Shown here piece by piece: positions 26,259 through 40,800 of a stretch of DNA of 64,000 nt (position 1 is its first letter; every line of letters starts with the position of its first letter). The position numbers and the translations under genes are program-made. A model generated the notes under the pieces. That model was not told the origin of the DNA. It made no database searches and worked only from the letters and a program-made list of their open reading frames with translations. The DNA comes from Botryllus schlosseri (Eukaryota): contig CM119384.1 in NCBI GenBank assembly GCA_051294905.1, positions 4,588,001 through 4,652,000 on the forward strand, read 5' to 3'.

Positions 26259-29200
26259 ATATACACAATTATATAGCGAAAGTGCGGATTGGTACGTGTT
26301 GATTAGGTTTTTTTTGTATATCAGATCCAAAGTACCAACTTACGTATTTTAATGTGTAACAGCAGCCACGCCCTCTTCAAATTCGATATATTTTATACGT
26401 TTGAATCGCAAATCACGATTTCATACAATAAAAACATTGACGAGTACTGCGTTTATGGTATTTAAATTGGAACACGGGGAAATTCTGGTATGAGCTGAAC
26501 GCCAATCAAGCGTACGAGTTAGTGCGTTGTTTTGCTATTGATTACAATATATGCCGATAGTTGGTCTGTGTTACGTAATATTTGCAGTAGCTCTCGTGAC
26601 TGAAATTCCAGCGAAAATGTATTGATTAGCTGGAATTTGATATTTAAAAGATCTATAGTTGGCCCTCGATCATATTCTGTCTCGCTGTAAAAAGTGCCTT
26701 GGGCTGATATACTGTCCATTGTACTGTCGATTCTATGATATACTCTCCGGGCCCATGGGATTGTACTTTTTGACAATCTCCGATGGCGTAGTTGATACCG
26801 TGCGCCGTTTCACTCCTTAACTTTTTGTGGTATTTACCAACGTAAAAAAGAATCGCTCGTTGTTCCAATGATACGCTCTACTGAGCTTGCGAAGTTTAGG
26901 TTTTTTGTCATGGCGAATGAAGGAAAGTACATGATTGCGAAACCTTGCGACACCAATTACCCGGATAGCTCTCGCAAAGCATTTACGACAGAGCGCTTTG
27001 GAAATAAGCAATACATTTATTATTGTTCTGTTCAAGTTTTCTGCCAGATTTCTGCAATATGGACTCGCGAATTTTCAAGTATAATACGTTTTGGCCTACA
27101 CGGGAAAGTGAGATTTACCACGATGAACAGGGTGACAACATGTCTCATACCTCTGCATCACAGGTGTGTGATGTGTTTTTCTGTAGGTCGGGACCGAATT
27201 GACACCCCTCGAATGAGTTAACTCATGACTACATACACCTGTACTCAAAAATTCGCTATAGGCTACATACAATGAAGGTTTTTGAACGAAATAATATTTT
27301 CATGGATTCTTCAACGATGAAATCACTATTAGTCAAGTCAAGTCACAGAATCGTCTTCATTACGCTGCTAATTTGGTTCTGTGACCATTTTACGACCAGT
27401 TAACGACGAGGATAGTGGGTTGTGCTCGCATTCATGACAATTTCAGTCAAACTCTGCGCAGCTATAGTTATCAGGTATATGCGTTATCGAAACTCACAGT
27501 ATGGCGTTGAATTGATAGGAAGCATTGATGAAGTGCAGTAAAATCGAGGGTACATCAACTGAGTAATGAAATTGTGAAGTGCGGCAAAAATCGTTTGACT
27601 TACAGTTCATTTGCGTGACAGAAAGAAGGTTTCACATGGCAGCTGATACGAATCAATCGAGTTTTATCCATAATATAACTCCATCGCTAACTTCAACCCG
27701 TAAAATGATCCAACCGCTAACCCTTCCATTATATGACACTCACATGACCACCATTGGCATTATCTCTCAATTGAACTGAAAATGCATTTGTCCCAATTGT
27801 GCGCTATTTCGAATTTTAGATGATCTATGTTCGATCAATTGCATATTGGAAATGTTGCAATCTCATTGTTTTGCTATTGTCAGTTGGGCGTTGCAATAAT
27901 TGTAGCAACTTGAAAACTTAATTCTGCGTTACACTCCTTTATATGTTTCGGTCGATGTACAAAAAATAGTATAAACCCGCGATGTGTCACTTTCACATTT
28001 GAGTTAGCTTAGTCATCGTGATTAAGAGGCGAGAAAGCATAATGGAGCCGTTTGCTATTGAATGATCGTAATCAATTGCATCTCATCGGGTTATTATGCT
28101 CACAGTCGCGGCAGTTTCCGCGGGTATTGTGCATCATACGCATGGGAGCGAATTTCCTGCGATACTCTGCATCTCATTCAATTTGTGTGCAGGCGTATCC
28201 AGTGCAGTCAATTGATGCCCATATGATGTTGATAACTAATGTCAATAGTCGTAATCGCAAGGCATACTGCCTACACAATTTTCGTGAGATTGCAATCGTA
28301 ATAGCAATCGACCGAAGTATTAACTTGATCGACTTATCCCTTGTACCTAGGGTTGCATTTAAAACGAACATATTTAAAACATGGACCCTTGTTTAAAACA
28401 TGTTTTTATTAGCCATGACATCACGAATCTTTAATTGTATCGTCACAGTGAACTGACATTAACAATTGAAAATAAGGGGAAATCTGACTCCTTTGTCGAA
28501 GACTGTCTTAAACGGACCAACAAATATCTTCTAACAGTCTCTACATTGTAATTTTTGCGGTCGGCGGTCATCATCATCAGAAGTCAGAACATCCATTCAG
28601 TACCAATGATCTATAAACACGTGCTATAAATATTGAACCGACGACGATTTCGAGGGTTCCAACAATTCTGTATCGTGTACGTCGAATATATCTGGCGCAA
28701 ACCGTCCGTATAGACTCATACTTCATGTTTCTTCGAAAGTATTTACACAGATATGGCATAATTATGGAACTTTCGAAAAAAATTATTCTTTACAAAATAG
28801 CAATTTTTAAAATCACCGTTCAAAACATGTTTTAAACAAAGTGTTTTAAATAACCATTTGTTATAAATTCAGCCCTACTTGAACTATAGTGAGCTGCTGG
28901 ACAAGACTTTGTCCCAACCAAATGCAAAAACATTCTTTTTCATCGCGCAGTCCAGACTTGGCCATTTGCTATTAATTGAGTTATCCATTAGATTGATTAC
29001 CAGTTTGAGAACTTCCACATATTTTTAGGCGATAATGATCGAAGAGGCATGGGATTAATCACAAACTATAAGTAATTCGTACAAAACGAACACGGCATTT
29101 AGTGTTTGTAAAATCACCATTTCTTGATGATTCAAAAACAAAGGATATATTTTGTAGCCTTGGGCGGCCTAAGTATCTACAATTCGGTTTTCGAAAGTGC

Positions 29201-31839
29201 AATGACTTTAGTCGAACTGTTATTCTGTGGAGCAGTTGAACAATTCGTCAGACTTTGTCAGGTGCAAGTCAGTCCAATTATATGTGTATTAAAACAACTG
29301 GTGCAATGGTAATATAAGGTATATGTGCACCGGGATGGAAAGTATCTCTTAATTGTTGTACAAACTCGGTGCTGCACGGTAATAATAGCTCCATGATCGA
29401 CTATGAAAACCAAAATTACGAGATTTAGTAAAGTGTTTTAAAATGAGTAGAGCGTCCCCGTGTTGTTTAATTAGCACAAGAGCGAGCAATCATCCTCTTC
29501 ACGGAGAGTGGCGATTCTAAAATTCGTGACTGTCTTATTTCGAACTTAAATGTAGAGAAATAAGGAAGCATTATGCAATACGTAGCGACCTGCTATTGCC
29601 TCTCTTCAGGCCATTTCCGATTTGCGATCGTACACAAAATTTATGCTTGAACCTATAAGAAAGTTTTAAGGAGCAGGGAACCCTATTTTATCAAAAATTG
29701 GAATCAATTCTGCGGCTTATGTAACGATAGCCTATTCATGAAATCGCTGGAAAAGTATTGTTTCTTCGTGGTCGAGATAAAATCTTTCTCGGAAGGCTGC
29801 AAGTTTGCTAAAGTCATACTAAATTGCTGTATAATGTGCACTGAATGCCAGAAGTTTATACCTGCGGTATAGTCACCGTTCACTTGCTTACTTTTTCAGT
29901 ACACGCATGTATAGATATACGATTATAAAGGGGCGAATCAGTGTAAGTATATCAATGCTTTTAATATGCAACAAAGCTAGTTTTCGAAACATAAAATTCA
30001 CTAGCATGCAGCTCGTATAGCCCCTTCAGACAAATATGCTCGCATGGCAAATAAAATTTTCTTAACTGAGCACTGGCCAGCATATTTGCGATTCACGATT
30101 TAGCCGCGAGGAGAAAACGCCTCCGTGATCCTAATAGCTCATGACAATCCATACATAGGTCAAGAGACGTGAGCAAGACCATGGTAATTTTCTAGGTTAG
30201 ACGAAACGAGGAAATAACACATTTGACATTGCCCGAAGGGCGATCATTTCGTATCGTTTAGGTTTAGACAAGGGAGCTAAAATTACGAATGTGAGAGTTC
30301 TATGGCTGTATAAGCAGATGGATCAATTATATTACATTTGATCGCTTTCAACGTTGCCCAGAAGATGCAAGCCAGAACTTCAAAATTCCTACATCATGCT
30401 AGGGAAATCAGCATATGTCAATTTGTTACGATACTGTAATGTTCAAGATGTTGAAATAGATTTTACGTCAGCACAGGTGATGTTTGAGTTTGAGCTATAG
30501 TGTTGATGTTGCCGTTGACGGCCAAGTTCGTTTCATTGGGTCCAGTGTTTAATTTAATTAATGATAAGTGATCATCCAGAGAATAGTGGATAACGTTACA
30601 TTACTGTATAGGCGCTAGTCGTAAAAAGAGATCTTATATAAGATGAATTATGCGACACACTGCACGATAACCTGAATAATACGAATAAGCATAGGACCGG
30701 ACCGCCCCGTTGACAATATGGGTAATAATTCCAATTAACCATACGGATATCGTTTATAAATTTACGAAAAGGGTTTGCTATATAAAAGAAATCCTTATGG
30801 ACGATACAAGACGCCTTCGGAAATTCTATAGGAATGACCATGAGTGGTGGGTAGGCCTTCATTGTTCCGTGATATTCGCGAACTAATGCGCACAATCTTT
30901 GATGTCCAGATCCAATTCACGCCGATCCATCAATTTCAAATATAGGATCGAGAGTCTCTGGCAAGCGGACTTGAATTATCCAACATTTTTAAATAGTTCT
31001 CGTCAATTTTTTGGTTTGGTTTCAAAGACAGACAAAAGTCTGTCCCATTGCAGTCATCTTACGCCTTCGCACTTGTACTGGTTTCATTTCGAAATCGCCA
31101 TATCGCCATATAAATGTCACGTCAACTCCCACATCACAAATTGCAAGAATGCAGTGTAGAGAGTCATAGTTGAATCGTCAACCGAGTCAAAGATCAAAAA
31201 TGAATACAAAGGAAAGTTCTGGCCTGGATGACTCATTGCTGAAATATTTGATTTCATAGCATAATTTTGAAATTGAAGGCATCACGATTCACGACGAGTG
31301 AAAATATCAGCAACGAGGTGACCTGACCTTGAGAAGTCATCGTAACGCAGAGTTGATTACCCCACTGTCTAGTGGTCGCTTTGCTCACTGATAGAACCGT
31401 GATAAACAGCAAACCTTTGTGTCCATTTGTCATCTACGACAACAATAACCTCTCCTTTTACTCGTTAGGCTGGCACGAACTTTACCGGTTTACATTTTCT
31501 TACAAGCGACGAGTCATAAACTCAGGATCCAGGTATGAGGAAGGAATTATTGCCTCAAATTATTTACCCATCATATATGGTAATCTTTTTTCCGTTATTT
31601 GCACTGCATTGTTTTTGATCAATGCCGATTTCGTAATGACAGCAAATATAGTAAATAATTTGATTTAGACTTTAGACGATGTCAACATAATATCATATAA
31701 TACTGTCTGTCGCCACGATATTTTGAAATTCAGATTTAGATAACATACAAATATCAACTCAACAAAGAACATTATTCTAGAAAAGAGCACTTTTCAGTCC
31801 GTTATAATATCGAAAAAAGGAAAATTATCGGTTTAAAAA

Positions 31840-34800
31840 ATGTGGAGTTTTCTACAAAGTATTCAAGAACAGGTTAGTATCTATGATATATATACCCAAG
31901 TAAAGGTGATCTTACAATCACAGACAATATCCCATTTCTATATTTTAGGTTGCAAAGTACAGCACGTGGATTGGACAACTTTGGTATCTTTGCGTATTTG
32001 TTTTTCGACTATTCGTGGTTGTTACCATTGGCGGAGCAGGTATTTATATTTGTGTATCAATGAACGAAGGGGTGAACAATTATAGAGTTAGGAAGGACCA
32101 AGATTCTATTATCATTTCTCATAAAGCTACCGTTGGTCCAGTGTACCATTTCAGCTAGAGCTATGTTTAAAATGAAGATGAATTTAAAACACAGATTTTT
32201 AAAAAAGAGAGCTTGTCTTAAACATCCTAATTTTGCAACCTTATGGCATCTTCGATATCAAAATGCTAAATTCACACAACACGGAGCAATATTAAAGTGG
32301 TAATTATGAGGTAACATTGTAAGATAGGTTCACAGCTGTGCGGTACAGCACAGAAGACTACATTTCAACATTTCATAAAGCTATCCGATTATTTTTTGGC
32401 CGACTCTGATTTTGCACGAATACGCGGGTAGATGGTAAAAAACTGCACGAGCATCCACCATTAATCATATTGTCACGTTTTCACAATCTGTCGTAACATC
32501 TATAACCCAAAATGTCACCAAACATCTATCAATTCGAAAAGGCTGTCTTACAAGGACGTGCAATGCTTATATTATGAACCGCAGGAATTTCCACCGGTGT
32601 TGTGTTTTCGCTTCCACAAAAAGTTTCAATACCGCCTATTTATATACTAGTATGGAGTTCAAATGGAAATAAGAATTTGTGCCCGCAAAGTTTACATCGG
32701 ACTTCATAATACATGATAATAATAATCAATGGGTTTCTACGCGAGTGTGCATTGAGTGAATACAGACTTGTTCTGTTGTGGCTGTTGCACGAGACAATAA
32801 CATATCAGCTTGTTGATGGTTTTGGTAGCTTACAAACCGAGATGAGTATCCGTAAATCTGTTTTCTGATGATATCTTATGACGTGTAGCTTTCGCCTTCT
32901 AAAGGCAAGTACTCTGAATAAATGCCTAAGCAAATTGGAGTCCATGTGAGCACTTTCGAATATTAGGTTTGTTGAAGATTGCATTGCAAATTGAATAATT
33001 GCGAATGCATGCGGGTTACGGATATGTTTATATCAGTTTTGAAGTTTGTGCTTGCAGACAACATTCGAAACATGCTCAAACCTGTTTTGTGTGTTCCAAT
33101 AGTCGATTAGTTGAGACAGTCACAGTATTTTGACTCGAACTTTGTAATATGTTGTAGTGACTCATCATTGCCGCCAATTCAACCATCTAGTGCAGTGGGT
33201 TACTAACGTTATTTTGTTACGTTCCGCCCTTTACCCACTTTGAGTCCATTTATTCCTCTCCATATTACAAAAAAGGGAAGTCATAAATCTTGGAAATGAA
33301 AATTCGTCCAAAGTGTATAGTAGAAAACCATGCTGCTAGGTTTCTGAGACTCATTCCTCATTCCGATCGGAAGTAAAGGCGGGATCGGAGACCACACAGC
33401 CGGTTGCCAGTTTGCCGGTTTTCGGTTATAGGCCAGCAGGCTTTCATTTCGTCGATGAAAACAGTCGATCGACTCGCGATCATTGACCGACTAGAAATAT
33501 ACCGAATGACAAGTGAAATCGCCCATCGTGTCGATCATCCTCATACCAGTCAAGCGGAGGCTAGGTGTGCGAAGGATTATGACCCATGTATCCCACATAA
33601 CCCACTTTGTAGCCAGACAAATAATAAGTGGAGGTATCCCAAAAAGTCCCGAATCGCCAATACATATTCAGAAAAAGGATGGCAAAAACTGCATGGTCCA
33701 ACGATCTGACAAAGAAAGGTGTTGTATGGAGGTGGTTTTGGGTTGTTTATTGCATCATCACAACGGATACTTGGCTATTATTATGTTATACAGTGGTTCT
33801 CAATGTTTTTGACCTCGCGGCGCCCTCTCAAAGGGAATAATAGTTCGCGACACCCCAGCACTTCAAGTATACTGGGTGCACGATTTCCGACGCTATAGTG
33901 ACCATGAAAATGTCATCAAACGTACGTCATGCAACTGTTCAGCCGCAGAATCTGATTGTGGTTATTAAAAAAGGTCATTATTTTCGATAAGCCTCATCGC
34001 CTAGGATGACCATTTTTAGTCACCGTTATGGGAGCGGGCGTAGCAAAGATATAGAGATCACTAGGCGTAGTGGTAAATTTATCGCGAGTTTACCGTCATT
34101 GACGCTGCCGTTCCAGGCAGCATCGCAGCACGTTCCGAAGTGTTGGAGATTTACCTGGGCTCCTCCCATACTTCGCTGCTATTACATCGTCCTAACTAAA
34201 AAGACCAGTCGATGACAAATACAACGAAATTGAATGAGAAAAAAAAGTCGTCTAAAATATTGTCGACGAGATCAAGATGAAGCACAGTTACATAGGTAGA
34301 GTTTTAACAGACCATATACTTGGTCGATTCAGCCTCATCCTATCTTTTCATTACATCCAATTGCGTCTTGTGTATCACATTGTATATTGACTGTATTTGG
34401 AGCGGATAAAATAATAGAACTGTCGATCACACCGATTAAGTCTAGTCCGAATGCTACTCAGAATTTTAGGTATATGTCGACTCAACTCTCTGCCTCCTTT
34501 CTCGCGGCACCATCGGTTGAGATTTGAGAATAGGCTCTGCCCGTCCAGAGAGTCCAACTTGATAGACGATTTACCTCAACATTGACCACACGGACAGTAG
34601 CAAGCGTACAGGATTACAGGACTACTACAGTTGGTTCATCACAACAGCAGAGTTGTGATGAATAAGATACATTTCATCGGAGTTATTTCAGTAGGGTTAC
34701 CGAACTAACATAAAAAAATGAGAGATCGTACTCCATCGATATTGCGACACTTTTTTTATATGCTACAGCCATCTGAACAATATATTTAGTGTGATAACAC

Positions 34801-37800
34801 ATGCGATTCAACAAATTTAAAAATAAAATCATTCCCTGAACTCAAAAATCCGTCTCCAGTGGAAAATCCTGCCCCGGTTGGGATGGAATTGTATCATATA
34901 AAATTACTTGTCAATTGGCTTAATATAATCTCATTATAATCATTCGTTTGTTTCAGTCTACGGTGATGAATTATCAGAGTTCCAGTGTAGTACCAAAGAG
35001 CCTGGGTGCGAAAAGATGTGTTTCAACGTATTCAGTAGAATGTCTCACTTAAGATTCTGGTGTTTCCAGGTGAGAAAAGGGAGGGGTAGATCGTTTTACT
35101 TCTTTGCGAATATATTCCCATATTGTCAGACATATCTTATGACTCTGCCATCTAAAACAGCCAATTTGTAGGGGAAACTTGCTGCGGACGACAAGTTATG
35201 TTTCTATAATTCTGCGCACAAAATATTTCTAGAACTAATAACATTTTTATAAAATGCTAGAGACGTCGAAGACAGCAGCGTGAGGAAATGTATATTAAAT
35301 CAATCATGATCGGCTGTAATTCAACCTTAACAAAATGTGCTGAGACTTTCTCCCATTATAAGCCGTTTTATATCATGTTGTGTATGTTCCAGAGAATTGT
35401 TCATTTTTATACTTCTCTGCCGAAAACTATCTGCTCTGCTATATTTGACACGGAAGAACTTGATGTTTAGGGATATAGTAACAGTCGTTGCAACGATTAG
35501 TGCGAGGGTGGTTCTCCCCGTACGAAAAGCTATGCTTATATATATTTATACAATTGAATAATACATTCATATTGAAATAAACAAGAATATGTTCCGCTGA
35601 CTCTCGTCAGGGATAATCGTCAGCAACTAGAACAGAGTTGGAAAGAACATTGTATATCAACAATCGACTCTCTCAATTGTCTCCAACTCTCTAAACTACA
35701 GTAGTTGGTGACGATTACGCTGAAGAGTGTCATCCGACAATATTCAGGCTTATAGTTTAATGTGAATATACTAGGGTTGCCATACGTCCGGAATTTCCCG
35801 GACATGTCCGGAATTTCACTGTTCAAACTGCGTCCGAGAGGAAATTCTAAAATATGCGTAAATGTCCGGAATTTTGAAGGCTCGAATTTGACTCAATCTA
35901 TTTTCGTAAATTAGCATAAAAATCGTATTTTGGGGCAGTTTTATGTTAATTGAAATTTTTCTTCGCGCTTCGCGCGATTTACTGTCACATGTATCGATAT
36001 CGATGTGGAACCACCGCCCTTGCAAAAAAATCAAAAATAAATAAAAATAACCATCTTTTACTGAAATAAGTCTAATAGTAATCGCAATTATAAGAGAACG
36101 ATATATTCCTAGAGTCGGTCGAAAACGTTTGGATGCTTGCGTCGAAGACAGTGGTCCTAAACCCGGGGTCGATTTCCTTTATTCTTGGGATGGCGAAGAT
36201 TTTGAATGAATAATCAGTTTTCAAAATAGGCCGTGAGTAAATTTGGGAAGAAAAGGTAATGGCCTGGTTTTAGTAATCAGCTTATCCATTTCTTTTCAAT
36301 GGCCACGGAGCATAACATTACGGACCATGAAAGGTTGCAAACCACCGGATGTGCAATCTCCTGGTGTGGACCGGCATTTTGACTCATAAACAGTCTCATC
36401 CGAACGGCGGCCAGATGATTTCATTCGGCCCGTGACGAAGTCTGTTGTAGCTAGCAATCACCAGAGCTCACATTAGAGATGGTCCATTCCAGCAGGACCT
36501 ATGTTCCACTGCTGTATACAATCGATAGACAAGGCTTTGCTAGTGTGACCTCATCTTAACATCCGCTAGTAGGCGCTAAAGGGTGTCCGGCTACCAAAAT
36601 ATGGTAACCCTAGAATACACTTTTCAATTGCCTATTTAAGTTCTTTACCTCCTAGAGCAGGGGTGGGCAACCTGCGACCGTAGAAGGGAATTCGTGCGGC
36701 CGTCGACATGCAAATGTAAGCTACGAATTCACTGCCGAATTTTCGGGAGATTTTGATTAACCTTGAATCTTTTCTTCGCGCAGAAATTTGTTTCTGGTAC
36801 AATTAGGCGATTCCATTATAATTCCACTATACCGACAATCCTGATGGGGGGTAAAGAAATAACAGCATGCAACAAAGTTACTATTAACAATTGGCCCACC
36901 CGAAGATGCATTTATCATGTATAACTTTTATAACAAAAAGGTTGCCCACTACTGTCCTAGAGTCTCTTTATATATATTTACATACGCTATATATTTTCAT
37001 ACGTCTGAGGTCCATAAATGGTTTTCTGAATTCCTAATTATTAGCATATGACGGATGATTGATAGGTATTAATCCTCAAGTTGCATATAATACCCGGACA
37101 AGTGCAGAGCTCTACGTGTGCGACCGGCCGAAACCTTCAATTGAAAAATAATAACTTGCCGCGCCCATACTGCGCTCCATAATTACTTATATATAATAGG
37201 GCTTGAATTTGGTTCAATTCCAACCAGTGGAAGCGGAGTTATTGCCGTCGTAAAATTTGGATTTGAATAAAATAGTATTTACGGTGAGCACAACTAAGAA
37301 TCGGTCACCGTAAATACTATTTTATTCAAATCCAAATTTTTCGACGGCAATAACTCCGCTTCCACTGGTTGGAATTGAACTAAATTTGGTGAGCATCGTT
37401 TCTGTAGACAGCTTAACACTTTCATGGGGTGAACAGAAAATTTTCAAAATTTTTATTTTTTATTTTTATATAATAAATAGAAACTTTATTCTCCTGTAGC
37501 AAAGCGGTTACTGGCTGGAATTGAACCAAATTTTGTGTGTAGGCTTAAATTAGGTAACCTAACAATTTTATCAAGTAGCCAGTACGATTTGAGAAAAAAA
37601 GTCATTTTTGAAGAGCCCTAATATATAATCCTACCTAATGTGTTTACATATATTAAGCGATCGTTGGAACCTTCCCGATGAAACTGATGTGTTTCCACTA
37701 ACAATAAGCTTGCAACATATTGGGATTGTTTTGGTAGATTTTGACCGTTCGTATCCTTCTGTTTCAGCTGCTGGCAGTCACGACGCCTACCGTTCTATTT

Positions 37801-40800
37801 CATTTTTATTCGATGAGCGTAATAGCACAGATCCACAAGTCAGAAGACGAAGAAAAGCGATTACGGGAAGAGAATCATGTGAACGACATGCAATCCATGC
37901 TGTCGTCACAGCTACCCTCAAATGAGGTGGTTTATCTGTAATTCTACACGTATTCCCTTGATGACTATGCGTTACTTTTTAGAGCTAATCCAAATAGCAC
38001 ATTATCAGATTACTAACGTTATGGTTCGCTCACAACAGCTGCAGTATAGCTCAGTGGTCGCACCGCTGATCGTTTTCCGCTTTAGATGTTCCTCAAAACT
38101 CAGTCCCGTCCGAGCAAGTCAATCATGGTCTCAAGCAGACTACTGTAAAATTTGTAGCTATTTCAAATTAGATTCGACTTAGAATAACTGACTTCGAATC
38201 ACTTGGAATTGAAGTTAAACTTCAAAATTTGGAATAAATACAACAAAAATCAAGTTCAGCCCACATACCATCACAGCTCATTCGCATATGTTTGAGATTG
38301 GAGAATATATGTACGACTGTACGTACACCTAGCTTGGCTCGTTTCGTGCAATACATAGTTGTGATGCAGCATTTTGAGTAAAACCAGAAATTTGATTAGA
38401 ATTAAAATTAGAGCAGAGAAATATTTCACAAATTATATTATATTATTAGATTACTGGTATTTTGCTCTAAGTAGTCTAATTAGAGTCTGGTCGTAAGCCC
38501 CAAATCCAAATCCAATTATGGTGCGGCTTACTTGGCACTGCTGAGTGCGGATATATCTGTAATAGTGGCAATTCGAATAGGTCTTTGATATAGCAACACT
38601 ACCGCCTAGCATGTCAACGGTTGGAGCTGACCCACTGCGAAAACCAGCACATTATCTTTGACAGCTAGCCTTTTGTGGAGTAACGTTCAAGCGATTACCA
38701 ATTAGGGAGATTTTTACTACAAGACACGTCATATTTAGGATAATGAAAAAACGATGAAAACTATGAAGAAATTGGAGAGGCGCAAAAAGAAAATCGGCGA
38801 GATCAAGAAGAAAAAGGTGTTCAGTAGCGGTAAAGGTGAATTAACTGAGGTAGGCTATAACAGTGCTCTTCAACCTTTTTCGTCGTGGTACACCCTTTTA
38901 ACGTTTACTCAAAACTCGTACATCCCTGTCCACATTACTTACCGATTCCATAATAAGCTTAATCCAGGCGCCGCATTCAACCGTAGAGTCGTCATGGCCC
39001 TCTGGACGATAAATACTCATGTTATATTGACCATCAGAAACTCCGCAAGGAGGAGAGCCCTTGTGGTATTCTGTGCCATCGCTGAACTCTTGAGATCTAC
39101 CCTGTATATAAAATCTGCTAGTAGTAGAATCAGAACGACCCCGCAAGCTTACTATATATATACCAAAATTGCGAGGATAGAAACGAAAATCCAAGTCACC
39201 CTGAATCGAGCTCAGCGTGAAGAAAATTTTCAATTCAAATTAAAATCTCTCAGCGTTTTAGGTACCAATGTCGTTAATTCAAATTGTTTATTGACGGCCG
39301 CCAACGCTGGTATAAAAATGTGTGGACGGCCGCATGATTATTGTTTTACGGCTGTATGCGGCTTTATGTCCGCAGCTTGGCCACCCTGGCCTGATCGACA
39401 AAGCTGCAACGTACAGGAAATGCTGAATAATATTCAATGTTCGAAGCTACCAGACCACCATCTAACACAGTGATACTCAAACTCGGCCCCGAGACCCCTG
39501 CAATTATGTGCACCAACTGTAAAATGATGAGGAGATACATTTGCTTATGACATCACAAAGGGGATGTAATTTACAACCTGCGTCATTTGTTATGAACATT
39601 GTACGGCATTGCACATCCCGTCAACCTGTTCTGAAGCATAAACTTGCGAATTTATCGTAATAGCTAGTCTTCCGTCCATTGCAAAGCGTATCTGGTACAC
39701 ACCAGTACACCCCATCCGAGTGGTACATCCATTAAGAATTCTGGTACACCCTGGGGTGTACGATACACCCGATTGAAGAGCCCTGGGCTACAACGATACG
39801 TGTTTCTGTAGCGATGATCAATGTTCTTGAAAAATATTACGGGGTTGATATCTGCAATATAGTTTTGGTTAGATACCTCGCGGTACACTATTTCACACAT
39901 GCTACATTTCTCAGGTGGTGTTTACAATGACAATCCACGTGGCATACTACATCAGCATCCTTATTCGGCTAGTCGTGGAAGGAGTATTTATATATTTAGG
40001 GTATACACTGTTCAAATTCATGGTAAGTATTCCTGAAAACTTGTTAAATTACAGAGGTACGTTAGTTAACTGAGAAATAAAGCAGTGTATTATTAAGTGA
40101 CAGCTTGCATGACGGAATCTTAGGGAAAAATAAAGGAAACTAAAGGCATGCTTTATAATTTATATCAGTTACTTCATAAGCAATTAGGCATATACCAGAG
40201 GTTCATGAATATTAACGATAAGCAGTTCGCAGTCCACGTGAATTCTTTACGGCTTAGAGCGACTAAACTATATATCAGCAGCGTACATACAAATGCTCAC
40301 CACTGACATTTCTGATATACTTTTGCTTTATCTGCCCTAATCGCGTGAAGCGCGAAATATGTTCATAATTTAAGATTGAATCAGTCAGTCAGTCAGTATG
40401 CTTTTATTCATCTCACCAACAAACACAACGTGTAAATTGGTATGGATTGGGAGACGACGAGGGACCGAAAGGTCTTAGATTCACTCGCCACACAGCATCG
40501 GTCAATAATATTGGTAATTGCAAATATATTGCTAGACATTTTTATCCTCTCTCAGTCCACGTGTTCAGATTAAAGGCAGGGATGTCTGGGGTGTTATCGT
40601 CTCGATCCATTTAAGGCCCGTAATAATAATTAAACATATTCGGGCGGGTCCGTTCGCATAATTACTTCTTTGCATGTTGTTATTTCATGACCTCTTCATC
40701 TGCTATGTCAAAAATATTGAGATCGCTCACACGCACTAAATTCAAAGACGCACACCATTTCAAATTTATATTTCTTCACTGCCAATTTTTATCTGTGTGA

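Noticed and set aside
33404-33840. Overlapping ORFs of 70-101 aa in connexin C intron 2
   Set aside because: No connexin or transposon protein motif is recognisable and there are no consistent splice signals.
38754-39473. 239-aa ORF, the longest in the track
   Set aside because: Only 38739-38849 is a connexin C exon (donor gtaggc at 38850); the rest is intronic read-through with no recognisable domain.
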